Part shown: positions 14,010 to 35,240 of the stretch, in pieces | Numbering within the stretch: position 1 is the first letter of the stretch | Layout: each line of letters begins with the position of its first letter | Source: the human T2T-CHM13v2.0 reference genome, Homo sapiens | Assembly (NCBI RefSeq): GCF_009914755.1 | Contig: NC_060934.1 | Direction: 5' to 3' (one strand) | DNA: 64,000 nucleotides | Notes under the pieces: generated by a model | What the model was told of the DNA's origin: nothing | Database searches by the model: none | The model's input: the letters and a program-made list of their open reading frames with translations, nothing else | Position numbers and translations under genes: made by a program

Positions 14010-17000
14010 CCTTTTTGATGTTCTGTTAGATTTGGCTTGCTGGTATTTTGTTAATCTTTGCAACTACGTTCATGAGAAATATTGGTCTGTAGTTTTCTTT
14101 TTTCGTTGTGTCCTTTCCTAGTTTTGGTAATGGGGTGATATTGACTTCTTAGAACGAGTAAGGAAGGATTCCCTCTTTCTCAGTCCTTTTAAATAGTTTC
14201 AGTAGCATCGTTTCCAATTCTTCGAATGTCTGGTAGACTTTAGCAGTGAATCCATCTGGACCTGAGCTTTTTGTTGATGTTGGCAATTTTTTATATTACT
14301 GATTCAGTCTCACTTCTTGTTATTTGTCTGTTCAGGGTTTCTTTTTCTTCCTGATTTAATCTAAGAGGGTTGTATGTTTCCAGGAATTTATCCATTTTCT
14401 CTAGATTTTCTAGTTTGTGTGCATAAAGGTTTTCATAGTAGTCTTGAATTATCTTTTGTATTTTTGTGGTTTCAGTTGTAATGTCTACAGTTTCATTTCT
14501 AACTGAACTTCTTTGAATCTTACATCTTCTTTTTTGGTTAATCTAGATAATGGTATATAAATTGTGTTTATCTTTTCAAATAATCAACTTTTTGTTTCAT
14601 TGATCTTTTGTATTGTTTTTGTTGTTTCAAATTCATTTATTTCTGCTCTGATCTTTCTTCTGGTAACTTTGGGTTTAGTTTGTTCTTATTTCTCTAGTTC
14701 CTTGAGGTGTTACATTAGGTTATCAATTTGTGATCCTTCAGACTTTTTGATGTAGGAATTTAGCACTATAAACTTTCCTCTTGGCACTGTCTTTGCTGTC
14801 TCCCAGAGGTTTTGATAATTTGTATCACTATTATCATTCATTTCAAAGAATTTTTAAATTTCTATCTTGATTTCATTGTTAACCCAAAAATTCTTCAGGA
14901 GAAGATTGTTTAATTTCCATGTATTTGTATAGATTTGAGTGTTCCTTTTGGAGTTGATTTCTAGTTTCATTTCAATGTGGTCTGAGAAGAAACTTAATAT
15001 GATTTCAATTTTTTTTCATTTATTGAGACTTGTTTTGTGGACTATCATATGGTGTATCTTGGAGAATGTTTCATGCAGGGATGGTTTAGCATATGCAAGT
15101 CAATAAATATGATACATCACATAAACAGAATTTTTTAAACTCCATATGATCATCTCAATAGAAGCAGAAACAGCATTTAGTAAAATTCAGCATTTATTTA
15201 TGATAAAAGCCCTCAAAAAAACTAGGCGTAGAAGGGACTTATGTCAAAATAACAAAGCCATATATGACAAACCCACAGCTAACATCATACTGAATGAGAA
15301 AAAGTTGAAAGCATTCTCCCTGAGAACTGGAACAAGACAAGGATGCTCATTTTCACCACCTCTTTACAACATAGTACTGGAAGTCCTAGCCAGAGCAATC
15401 AGGCAAGAGAAGGAAATAAAGGACATCCAAATTGGAAAAGAGAAAGTCAAACTATTGCTGTTTGCCAGTGAGATCATTATATACCTAGAAAACCCTAAAG
15501 ACTCCTCCAAAAGACTCCTAGACATGATAAATTCAGTAAAGTCTCAGGTTACAAAATCAATGTACACAAATCAGTAGCAATGCTATACACCAACAATATA
15601 TAGCAGTGAGATCAAGGAGAGAGTGTAATCTATAACTCAATCCCTTTTTCAACAGCTGCAAAAAATAAATAAATAAAATACTTAGGAATATACTTAACAA
15701 AGGTTGTGAAAGATCTTTACAAGGAGAACTACAAAACACTGCTGAAAGAAATCATAAAGGACACAAACAAATGGAAATACATCCTATGCTCATGGATTAG
15801 AAGAATCAATGTCGTGAAAATGACCATACCGCCTAAAGAAATTGCAGATTCCATGAAACTCCTATCAAAATACCCACATCATTTTTCACATAATTTTTTA
15901 ATCCTAAAATGCATATGGAACCACAAAAGTGCCCAAGTAACCAAAGCAACCCTAAGAAAAAGAACAAATCTAGAGGCATCACATTATAAGACTCCAAATG
16001 TACACTACAAGGGTACAATTACCAAAACAGCATGGTACTGGTATAAAAGTAGACACATAGACCAATGGAACAGAATGGAGAACCCAGAAATAAAGTCAAT
16101 ATGTACAACCAACTGATCTTCAACAAAGCATATAAAAATGTAAATTGGGGAAAGGACACCCTATTTAATAGATGGTGCTGGGAAAACTGTATAGCCACAT
16201 GTTGAAGAATGAAACTGGATCCCCGTCTTTCACCTTATACAAAAATCAACTCAAGAAGCAGGAAAGATTTAAATCTGAGACCTCAAACCATAAAAATTCT
16301 AGAGGATAATGTAGGAAAAATTCTTCTGGACATTGGCCTAGGCAAAAAATTTATGACTAAGACCCCAAAAGCAAATGCAACTAAAATTAAAATAAATAAA
16401 TGGGACCTAGTTAAACTAAGCAGCTTCTGTACAGCAAAAGAAATGATCATCAGAGTAAACAGACAACTCACAGAATGGGAGAAAATATTTGCAAATTATG
16501 CATCCAACAAGGGACTAGTATCCAGAATCTGCAAGGAACTCAAACAAATCAACAAGAAAAAAAAACAAATAATGAAATCAAAAATGGGCAAAGGACATAG
16601 ACAATTCTCAAAAGAAGATATACAAATGTCCAACAAACATATGAAAAAAATGCTCAACATTACTAATCATGAAAGAAATTCAAATTAAAACTGCAATGAG
16701 ATACCACCTTACTCCTGCAAGAATGGCCATTATTAAAAAGTCAAAAAAGAATGGCATGGATGTGGTGAAAAAGGAACCTTACACACCACTGGTGGAAATG
16801 TAAATTAGTACAACCTCCATGGAAAACCCATATGGAGATACCTTAAGGAACTAAAGTAGATCTACCATTTGATGCAGCAATATCCCAAAGAAGTCAATAT
16901 ATCAAAAAGACTCCTACACGAATATTTATTGTAGCACAATTCACAATTGCAAAAATGTAGAGCCAACATAAGTGCCCATAGACCAATAAGTGGATAAAGA

Positions 17001-17420
17001 AAATGTGGTATATATACAACGTGCAATACTACTCAGCCATAGGAACGAATGAAATAATGTCTTTTGCAGAAACTTGCATGGAGTTGGAGGCCATTACTGT
17101 AAGTGAAGAAATTCAGGAATGGAAAACCAAATACTGTATGTTCTCACTTATAAGTGGGAACTAAGCTCTGGGTACACAAAGGCATGCAGAGTGATATAAT
17201 GGACTTTGGAGACTCAGAATGGGGAGAGTGGGAGGCGGTGAGGGATAAAAACTACACATTGGGTACAATGAACACTACTCAGGTGATAGTTGCATTAAAA
17301 TCTCAGACTTCACCACTATATAATTCATCCATGTAACCAAAAATCTCTTGTACCACAAAAGCTATTGAAATAAAAAATATACTAATAAAAAATAAAATAA
17401 AAATCCTGAAGAAGAAAGAA
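14010..17420 (+). mobile_element. L1PB-like LINE-1 with 5' inversion (14010-~15072 antisense; ~15073-17420 sense)
   Basis: TSD aaagaggagctttt at 13996-14009 and 17421-17434; ORF2 peptides on + from 15146; L1PB-type 3'UTR. Confidence 0.92.
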
Positions 17421-18129
17421 AAAGAGGAGCTTTTTTCATTGGAAGGTGGATTTTTTTAAATGGCATGTTCTGAAATTTTCTTACAACTTTTGATATATAA
17501 AGTATTTAAAACTCATAAAATATGTTTCATGGTTCAGAAACTACTGAGCTGAACTCTAAAATAAATCTGTGGGCTCTGTAGACTCACAGGGTGTATGCAA
17601 CTGAGAACATCACACTCTTTACACAATAGAGAGCATGCCTGACAGCTTGTCACCTGCTCATGGGTAGTTGTTCTTCTCTCCTATCAGCTATTTCTGTCAG
17701 GACTGGCTCTTCATGTGTTCTCATAGGGATAACTCCGTTAAGTAGATCTCTCAGTGGGTTTATGGCAGAGTTTTGGAGGAAAATAAAGGTATTGAGTTAT
17801 GCTGTTTGAGGAAAACTGAACTAAGTATATAGAGTTGTGGGAACTAATCTAGATTCTGCTGCTAACAAGCTCTGGGGCCCAGTTACTACGCCTGAAAAAT
17901 GAAGTTCTGATGTGTTGTCATAGGATTCTGTGCCTATACACAGTTCCTAATGAATCATTGTTGTTGTTTTTATATCTTAGAGTTCTTTATAAAGTTCACT
18001 TTCAAGATTTTCAATAGTATCTATGTGGAGAAGAGTTTCTACAATAAAAAAAAAAGTACTATTCCAAAAAATATTTCTGTAAGGCAGGGCCATACTGTAG
18101 GTACAATATCTGGAATTACCATAAGCAGA

Positions 18130-18370
18130 AGCATATTGAGTGCTATTGAGTGCTGACTCTATATCAGACATAGTGCAGAATGCTGATCTTCTACTCTTCC
18201 ATTTACTACTCAGTAAGTCAATGTAAGAGTACTATTATTACTCTGACTTGTACAGATGGGAAAACTGAATCTTAGAAGGAGCTTATCCAAACTACAGGAG
18301 GGTACACTTAGGTGTCAAACTCAGGTCTATCTGATTCAAACCCAACCAATGGTCTTAATCATCGTGCCAC
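18130..18370 (-). mobile_element. MIR
   Basis: MIR core tacagatgggaaaactga...caaactcaggtctatctgattc. Confidence 0.7.
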
Positions 18371-21300
18371 AGTCACTTCCATATGAAGATCAGAAGAGCA
18401 ATAAATGGTTTGGACCTTTTCAGGGCCTTTTATGAGACCCAGATGTTCTGCAAAGATTTGAGTTTTATATTTTCAGTCACAAGCTTCTATTGAGTGCCTG
18501 TGGAATGCTATCCTCAGCATTACAAGAAAAAAGAAAAAAGAGACATGGACTCTGTGATCAGGAAATCCATCATCTAAATTATATATGACCATATTGACAT
18601 ATACATATATATATACACACAGACATACATATACACATACAAATACATGTGTCCATCATTTATAACATACTCACTATGCAATAAGTGCTTCAGATATATC
18701 ACTTTGTTCTCCACATAAGACCTGTGTGGTTGATGTTACCATCTCTATTTTACAAATGTTAATAGACAATCGGTGCAAAATGTATATAATCCTGAATATC
18801 CAATCATAGTTCTGAGTACCCACTGTCCATACCAGATGACCACAGAATGAGCAGCATGAAAGGCCAGGGGCCTCCCCTATGGGACTTTCCATTCTGGTTG
18901 AGAAATTAAAACTAACACACATGAAATGTCAGAAAAGACCACAGGGATGGCCTATTATTAAGTGCCAGGTTGGGTTACATAGACTGTTGTCAGAGGGATC
19001 TTGGCAGAGAAAAATCCAACCAAGGGTCATGTAGTCAATGGTCAGAGACAGACAGATCTGATTATTTTGTTAGAATGTTTGGATTAAACATAACCTGAAG
19101 GCAATAGTTGGGCTTCCAAACTTTGTTTATTTGCTTATTTGTTAAGTTATATTTAGGTTTTTGTTACTTAGAACCAACACAGTCCTGATTAACACAGAAT
19201 GAAAAAATGGATGAACAAGATGTGGGACAAGTGATTGGCAGGGGCCGTCTAACAGAAGGGCTGGAGAAATTACTGCATCATTTTTTGAGAGGCAACTCTC
19301 TTGAATTTAACTATCCAATCAATAAAACAAAGTTACACCTTTACCCCCATGAAGCAGAACTTGCAAAGTTCTAACTAAGCTGACTGAAGGAGCTTGAGTT
19401 CTCTGGACTGAAGGTAAAGCAGTAAAAGATACTACTTATTATCAAACATACAAAATTAAAATGTGGTAGAAGCTAAAAATAAATGCATTTTTCAATAACT
19501 AAACATCATTTATTTAACTTGCACTGTTTTATGATTTCTTTTTTAAGAGACATTTTGCATCCTACTGCTTTCAAGAGAGCTACTGCCTTCCTGGTCAACA
19601 AACCCCTTGTCTCTACTGTTTCTCCATCATTTATTTAGTCCATCTGTCAGCCAATCCGCCTTTCTCTTCTTTCTCTTTTCTTTTCCTTCATTTTCCACCT
19701 CAGAAAGAAACTTCTAACTAAACTCAGCAAATGGCTCCTAGATAATTATCTTCTAAAGGAAGTATAATGCATTTTTTATGTATCCACCAAATGACACATT
19801 CTCCATTCCTCATCCCACCCTCATACAGAGAGCAGTGACTTGCCTGCCTTCTCACATCTTAGAGAAGTAAACTTCAGTCTTTAGCTCTGGCTTCTAACGG
19901 CCATAACTTATAGTAGTAAAGGTTGATGTATTGGGTGCAAGAAAAGTAAATTTAAGTTAATAATGAGAGTGATTATCATTCGTGACAGTTCTTGATCTCT
20001 GTGTAGACAGTAAAGAAGAGCTTCAAAAACCGGCAAAAAAATCAATAAGATTCCTAATAAAAGATCTTTATTATAGCTACACCAAGCTGAGCCCAGAATA
20101 CCCTCGCAGACTTTGTCAAGGGGCTTTTTCAGAAATCACACAGGGAAAAATATTGGGCAAATAATGTTAGGATCCCTGCCAGTGGGCAGCTCTGCCCTCA
20201 AGTATGCATAGAAATATGGAGAGGACTTAGAGGGAGCAGCCACGCCCCTTAAAAGTTGACCAGAATGGACCTCTGAGAAAAGTCACAGACACCAGGACCA
20301 TTTGGATCGGTTCAAGAGTCTGGAGGTGACTAACGTCGGTGAAGGTGACAAATGTGAATGGCTCTTGTAAAGGATAAATGATGACCAGCATTTCTTAATA
20401 TCTACTGAGGTCTGAGCTGTGCCCTGTGAAGACGTTAGGCTTTCAGCAGGGCAGCCTTCTGGCTGGGTGAAACTTTAGAAAGGGTGATGAAAGTCTGCTC
20501 AGAAAAAGTCTCACTTGGGATGAAGCTTCCTCCAACGAGCTCACAAGGTTTCTTCTCTTCACAGATGTAGGATTTTGAGTTATGTGTTTTGGAAAAGGAT
20601 GCAAAATGGAATGAATAATTTTCTTCTCTTGACCATAATGCATAAGGAAGGAGGTAATGAGAGGAATACTAGAAACAAATGCATGGACCAGGGGAGGCAT
20701 GACAAGCAAGAAGGTGCTGGGAAGCAGGAGAGTTTAGAGCATGTGGATACATACAGGACAGGCATGTATCCAGTGGAAGCAACATAAAACATATATTTAT
20801 AGACTTGAAGGGGAAAGGAAGAGGAAGAGGTGCCACTGAGTCATGAGGTCAGGAATGTGTGGAATCTGGGAAGGAGTGTTACTCCAGGGCAACCTGTAAT
20901 AGTCCTTCTCAAAGTCAGGGGCATGTCTGGGGAGCTGGTAGTTACTTGCAGATCATATGAATTCCCAGGCCCTTTGGCATTTGGTAGTATCACCTTCTTC
21001 TTCTTCTCCTTTTCCTCTCATGAATCAATGCATCTGACCACCCATTCTCCAGAGCTTCCCAGAACTAAGCTCATCCATCCCAGTTTACCACACTCCATTG
21101 AAAGCTGAAAATGTAGGAGAGAGAATAGAGCTAGAGTCACTAGGACTGGGTTAATGGAGCACTTTCCCCAGTGGGTAAGAAGTAAACTTATCTTTAGTTT
21201 TACTGAGCATAAGGAAGCGGATGGTCCAAGGGTGGTTGGATTTTGGTGTCAGACCATCCTGAGCCAAAATTCCAACTCCCCCACTTCCCCACTATTTGAC

Positions 21301-21342
21301 CCATTATATGATCTCTGAATTCCATTACATGATCTCTGAATT
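21301..21342. repeat. 21-bp tandem duplication inside a MIR fragment
   Basis: ccattatatgatctctgaatt / ccattacatgatctctgaatt. Confidence 0.9.
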
Positions 21343-21480
21343 TTAATATTCCCCTCTATTAAACAGAAATAACAGGTATCTTGAGGCTGTTGCACTGCTA
21401 GTCATTATGCTCAGTCAGGAGAAATGAGGCATAAACTGGAAGTGGAATGGATAATAGAAGGTAGCCGGGGAAAAGCACTT

Positions 21481-21617
21481 AACAACTTCACACTCCTCTT
21501 GACTTTGGCAGGAAAAGAGTCAAGTGATGGCATGTAGGTCCAGAAGGAAAACAACTTCACACTCCTCTTGACTTTGGCAGAAAAGATTCAAGTGATGGCA
21601 TGTAGGTCCAGGAGAAA
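21481..21617. repeat. About 69-bp tandem duplication
   Basis: aacaacttcacactcctcttgactttggcag...gtaggtccag begins at 21481 and again at 21550. Confidence 0.95.
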
Positions 21618-21619
21618 AA

Positions 21620-22330
21620 TATCATCTCAGCTGCTAGCTCCCAAATCAGATGCTATGTAACCTGCCTTGACTTTTTGAAGGAGGGCTGGGGAATATCTTT
21701 CACTGGGAAATGGGATGATTATCTGAAGGCTGGAGATGGTGAGGTGTTTTTTGTTAAGTATAAGGAGCCATGCTAAGACCCACCAACACAGCGGTCATAA
21801 AAAAAGTGAGATGGCTTGCAAAGAACTAGAAATACCATGGCTTTGCCTAGCTGTGTTTCCTCTGGCCAGCATCACTCTAACTCACCTTGATGACCCAGAG
21901 TGCAGCCAGTCCTCAGAAAGAGACTGGATCTGGCAAACAAAAATGTGAAGGAACCCAGAATAGAGCATACCTTTGTTCCTCATCTCTATTTCTTTCTGCT
22001 TCTCTCTCTCTCTTTCTCCCTTCCTTCCCCCATCCCACATCTCTTCAATGCTGGGGTCCCATAGTGGCAGAAGACAGTGGCCAACTCCAATATGTTATTT
22101 TATGAGCACAAAACAGGTAAAGACTGGCTCTGTACGAATCTCTAAATTCCAATTCCAAATTTCTAAGAGACAGAAAGTGATGGACTCAACTTAAAACAAG
22201 TAGCAGCCAATCCATTGTGACCAGAAGGTCAAGGTCACAAACATAGTTATCAGCCCCTCCTCTGGATCAGTGAACCAAAGCCCACGAGGAGATCTGACAA
22301 AAAAAGAAATTGAACAAGCACTACAAACTG
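21620..22330. mobile_element. Degenerate MLT1-type MaLR LTR
   Basis: MLT1K/L-like motifs (cattgtgaccagaagg...tcacaaac). Confidence 0.4.
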
Positions 22331-23479
22331 GGTCATAAACTGAACAGGACTCATACACCTTTTGCAACATTCAAAGGACGGTAAGCACTCCTCACACATG
22401 GTGCCATATTTGTCCCCAGGTCAGGTGAAGGGCTAAACTGGAGGTAGTTAGAGGAAGGATGATATCCAGGACTGTGTTCCCCTAATCATTGGGTCAATGG
22501 AGAATCTTCCAGCACTTATTCCATGCCTTTATTTCACTTCTAAAAGCTTTCTATCTTCAATTTGGTTAGAAATGTTTCTAATCAAAGGTCATGCACAAGT
22601 GTCATGATCCAGATAACAATGATACCAAAGTAAATTATAAAAATCTTTCATCAAGAAATCTTTTCTTTCTATAATTTTTGCATTGAGAGTTTATCAGCCT
22701 TCCTATAACTGATATAATAAATACAAGAATACTTCTCCACCCATTAAAGCAAATTGCCAGATGACACTCTTTGCAGTATCCACCCCACTCAGGAGTACAG
22801 ATAAATTCTGCTGTCATTTTTATAGCAGCTCTTATATAAATCTGGATATTTGATTATTTGAGATTTTTCATTGACAAATTTCCAAAATTAGCTCATTTTA
22901 TATTATTGCAAATCATCACAGTAGGGTAATGAAGTGGGGTAATGGGTGTTTATGACAGGAAATGGCTTACAGATGCTGCAGAGTACATCAGTCATCTTTT
23001 TTGTTATCTTCCTTCCTGCTTTAGTCCCTTCCTCTATGCAATTTCTTTCCTGAACTATGTCAATATTATGAGACTGAGTTTCTAGAATAAAGATGGCCAA
23101 TAGGCTACATCTCATGAGCTGACTCTAGTTAACAGTGCTGTCCTGACTTTGTATCAAGAAGAATTCTGAAAGCTTGTCTGAGCTTAGTGGGAGAAAGTAC
23201 TGGGACCGATTGGTGATGACTGTCATTGGCATAGGAAAAAAGATGTATTAGCACATGTGCCAGATACTTCCTACCCTGGCATCTTTCAAAAGAGATCATG
23301 AGGAAAATAAAAGTTTATAACTCATAATATGGATCAAATATCATGGAACCCAGCATCTGAGAGAGGGTTGTTGCTGCTGTACTGACATTAAAATATGGGG
23401 AATATAGTTTAACCTTGACATTCTTGAGTAATATTATGAGAGAGTTTTGCAAACCCACAATCTTAAAAACAATCTTTAG

Positions 23480-23700
23480 CATCTATTAAACATTTAGTGT
23501 GAGCCAGGCACTATTCCAAGTATTTTTCTTTTTAATTTTCACAATAGTCCTGTGTACTAGGCATTATATTTACATTCCTTTTACAGAAGAGGAAATAGAG
23601 AAGTTAAATAACATGCCCATGGTTGCAGACCTAGGGAGTGGCTGAGCTGGGACTCTAGGCCAGGAGGTCTGAGTCCAGCATTCTAACCCCTTTGCTATAT
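23480..23700 (-). mobile_element. MIR
   Basis: ttttacagaagaggaaa...gttaaataacatgcccatggt...ggctgagctgggactc. Confidence 0.8.
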
Positions 23701-24390
23701 GGGCTCTAGAATGCAGGGAACTAACACCAACTGAGATGTGGACATAGGACAGTCAGGTAGGGATGCTTATTACCTGCTACTCCTTCACACCAGCCTCATG
23801 GCCAATATGATTCAGTCCTACCACTTTCCATTCACTGCCTCATATAAACTACAAAAAAATTCTATGGGGTCGCTGTGATTATTCCTAAACACACACCTTC
23901 AGGGTTGCAAGCAAGTGGTCAAAATTGTGAATACTGTAGATATAATAATCTCCAACAGGCTATTAGTGCTGAGTAACTCATCACCACATTTCAAAGATCA
24001 GGATATGGAGAACAACACAATAGGGACAAGTAGAAAAAAACTTGTGGAAGTCCCTGTTCATTCCCAATAATGGGACCTTTTAATAGAAATGCAAAAAAGT
24101 GGTGTGCCATGGGAAATCTGGATGTAGTAATGAGCTAAACTTTTTTTTTCTATCTTCAGATAGTGTCAAATCCTACTTCACTGCAGGTAAATATTTTCTG
24201 GAACTTGTTTGTATTTATAACTCATTATGTATCTCAGTTCTTTCTGTTTGGTTATCTCTGGTTTATTTTAAAGTATATCCCTTAGGAACCCTATTCTGAA
24301 AGAGCTGGTTAATCAGGACATTGAGCCATAATAAAATGATGGGACCCTCTTTCTAGCCTTGGGGAAAATCTCTAAGAAAACATACACTGG

Positions 24391-31675
<7,285 letters not shown>

Positions 31676-31935
31676 TCCATTTTCTTTTAAAATTATAAAC
31701 ATGTACTTGTGCAAATTATTTTTTTAAAGTGATTTGCCATTTTTGAAAGGGTATTTAATGATAGAATACTATCGAACCAACATGTACTGACATGGAAAGA
31801 TATCAAAGATATGTTAAGTGTAAAATGCAAGTGGCAAAACACTATGTATAGTCTGAGCCAAATCAAAGTATGTATGTTTTTTATATGCATAGAAGGAAAG
31901 ATTTGGAAAGATATACACCAAAAAAAAAAAAAAGA
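31676..31935 (+). pseudogene. XIAP: XIAP processed pseudogene part 2 (3'UTR remainder and polyA)
   Basis: Continues the 3'UTR across the L1 TSD; A-tail 31920-31935; right TSD aagaaaacatacactgg at 31936-31952. Confidence 0.92.
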
Positions 31936-32384
31936 AAGAAAACATACACTGGACCCTTTATGAGAAAGCAGTTAAGTCAATTTATTGAAAAACACTAACT
32001 ACAGGGAAAAACTGTGTTCTTAGAAAGGGGTTTGCACTAAAAGAGATCAAGTCATTTAATGACAACATTTGAGTTTTTTTATTCAATCCAAAAAAAGCAT
32101 ATGCCACAGACTCCCTTTTTCTATTCTTCCAAGTCCCTAACCAGTCATGAAATTATGTTTTTAAAACTATAATTCTTGAATACAGAAAAATAGAGACCTC
32201 AGTGGATGAAGTACCATTTGGCATGTTTAAATGATAGAAAACAAAAGGGAGTGATTGAAGTGGGAAACCACAGCTCTAGTGGACTGCAGCAGGAGGCAGG
32301 AGCTTCACCAAAATTTCTCCATCCCTGGAGTGAAGAATGCAGGAAGCATGAGGGACCCATGAGAATTGACCCCCACCAATCCTT

Positions 32385-33500
32385 TTCTTTTTATTGAGGT
32401 GAAATTCACATTGCATAAAATTCACCATTTAAGAGGGAACAATTCAGTAGCATTTAGAACATTCACAATATAGTGCAATCATTAGCTCTAACTAGTTCCA
32501 TAACATTTCATCACCCCAAAAGAAATTCTGTACCCATTAAACCATCACTTCCTCATTCTTCTTCCCCTGCAATCCCTGGCAACCACCAATTTGCTTTCTG
32601 TCTCTATGAATTTACCTATTATGGTTATTTCATGTTAATGGAATCATTCAATATGTGTATGATTTTTTGTATGGCTTCTCTCACCAAGCATAATGTTTTC
32701 AACGTTCATCTACCTTGTAGTAGGTATCAGTAATTTATCCCTTTGTATAGTTGAGTAACATTCCATTGTAGGTATAAAACATACATATTTTTTACCCATT
32801 CATTTACTGATAGACATTTGGGTTGTTTCTAGCTTTTAGTTATTGTGTATAGTGCTGCTATGAATAATTGTATACAAGAATTTGTTTGAGTATCAATTTT
32901 CGATTCTTTTGACTATATATCTAGTTATGGAATTTCTGGATCATATGCTAATTCTATGCTTAATTTGTTGTGTAAATACCAAACTGTTTTTTCCAGTGGC
33001 TGTACCATTTTATATTCCCACCACAAATGTTTCATGCTTCCACTTTCTCCACATTCTCACCAACACTTATTATTTTCCACTTTTTAATTATCATTATTAT
33101 GACCATTCTAGTGAGTATAAAGTGGTATCTCATGGTTTTTATTTGCATATCCTTAATGACTAATGATGTTGAGTCTTTTTCCGTGTGCTTGGTGGCCATT
33201 TGGATATATTCTTTGGAGAAATTATTTGTTCAAGTCCTTGGCCTATTTTTCAATTGGGCTAATCTTTGTGTTATTGATTTGTAAGTGTTCTTTATGTATT
33301 TGAGATACTAGACCCTTGCCAGATATATGACCTGCAAATATTTTCTCCCATTCTGTAGGTTGTTTATTCACTTTTTAAATAATATCCTTTGATAAGTAAA
33401 TGTTCTTAATTTTGATTTGGTCCCATCGAAATTTAACTATTTTCATCTATTTTTCTTTTATTTATGTGTATCTTTTTTTCGTTGCTTGTGCTTTCAATGT
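32385..33500 (-). mobile_element. L1MB-like 3' portion
   Basis: tttattgaggtgaaattcaca...atcaccccaaaagaaa...ggcaaccacc; antisense end-of-ORF2 motifs. Confidence 0.85.
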
Positions 33501-33509
33501 CCCACCCAC

Positions 33510-34100
33510 TATGCCTCTTGACGGCTGCTCATGTCTCAGTCCTCCTCCAGTTCTGTGTTTTCATGACCTGCAAGTCTCCTTGCCTTCTGCTCTCTCTTGA
33601 TACACACTTCTGATAGTTTGATCTACCCCTCTCCATCCTGCCCCAGTGCCTGCCTATGGTTATTCTTCTATGGTTATTATCCTGGTCTTCCAAATGTCCC
33701 TTCAGTTTTCCTTTTTCATTCACACAATCCTCATATTTTCAAAATACTTTTCCTGATTCCTAGCCTATAAACAAGTCCAAACTACTTACACTGAGGAATC
33801 AAAACAAAGAAATTCCTCCCCAGATATCCTGCAATCTTCTCTAGAAAACTCCCTGCCTCTCTCCTCCTATCACCAAAACCACTTGGGTCACCCACATTGA
33901 CATTCTCCACATTCTCACCAATTTGCAATCAAGCCTTGGCCACATCACTGAAACTGCTCTCAGAGAAGCCACCCATAACCTCCAGTTTGCCAAATTCCAA
34001 GGACAGTTTACAACTCTATTGTGTCTGTTTCCCTCTGATGCATAACACATGGCTTGTCAATTCTTTCTTGTTAAGTTTTTTTCCTCCTCTTTGGTTTCCA
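33510..34100 (+). mobile_element. L2 fragments
   Basis: tgcaatcaagccttggccacatcactgaaactgctctc...gccaaattccaagg. Confidence 0.6.
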
Positions 34101-34759
34101 TAACACAAACTTCAAAAGGCAACAATGTCTGGAAAATGGCTGCAGGTCTCTACTATTTATTGAGCACTCATCATAGCTGCATTTCACTAGAGGAAATAAA
34201 AGATGTTATTGTTGTGAGTGTTTATTTTATTCCCATTTTATAATCTGATTTATGGCTATGGCCTTGTGGTACACAAAAATAAAGCTCCTTTGACATGATT
34301 TGACATGAAAAATCAATCTGATACAAATACTACAATTCTGCAAGGAGTACTTAGGATTAAGGAAATAGGTGTTAAATGTTTCAATAAGCAAGTAGCATTC
34401 CACATTTCTTTCCAAGGGTGATTGATGGCTGGGAGACCAGGAGCACCACCAGCCAGAGCTCAGAGATGGTCTTAGGAGTCGTACCTGCTCAAGCAGATGA
34501 AAAACAGAATCTGCAAAGCTGTTACTTTAAAGTATGGCTAACAATTTACAAGAGGATGCTCTGATTTACAATGGTATTTAACTATGAAATTCTTTAAGTG
34601 GGCAGCTTTCCTCATGTCTGTAAGTGTTTTAATAGCACATTAGCTAGAAAAGAATTGAGGTAGCTTAAAAGGGCTTAGAACTAAAGTATAATTACATTGA
34701 TCCACTAAGATTCAATATAAAACAAAGACATAGTATTTCTGAAGTAGTCAATGAATGTC

Positions 34760-35240
34760 AGAAGAAGCAAATGCTTTGACTTCAAATTCAGCACATGACC
34801 CAACCATAAATGGCTTAATCATAATAAGACTTTATTTTCTCACAGAAATAAAAAGTTTAAGGATAATATTTATCTCCCCACGTGGCTTGACCCAGGGGCC
34901 AGTGTCATTATCCTCACAGTCTGTCTCCTTTGTGTTGGTTCCTTTCTCATCTTGTTGTGATAGGTGACAGGAAGAAAGAACTGGAACTTTTATACTGGAG
35001 AAAGGAAATTGCCTGTCTCTTTCCTGGCCACATCAGTCAAGCCCTGATACTAGTTTTCATTGGTTCATGCTGGTTCTGTGAGTATCCTTCCACCCAACTT
35101 TTGAATATGCCAATTGGCTCAGGCCTAAAGGCACATGCCCACCTCTGCAGCAGGAATTGGAGTCGGCCGCAAGTGCGGCCTTCCACAGGGAAATTGAGGT
35201 GCTTTTTATTGAAAGAAGGGAAAATAATTTTGGGGTAGCT
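34760..35240. mobile_element. MLT1K-like MaLR LTR
   Basis: attggctcaggcctaaaggcacatgcccacc...ggaaattgaggtgct...gaaagaaggg. Confidence 0.6.
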
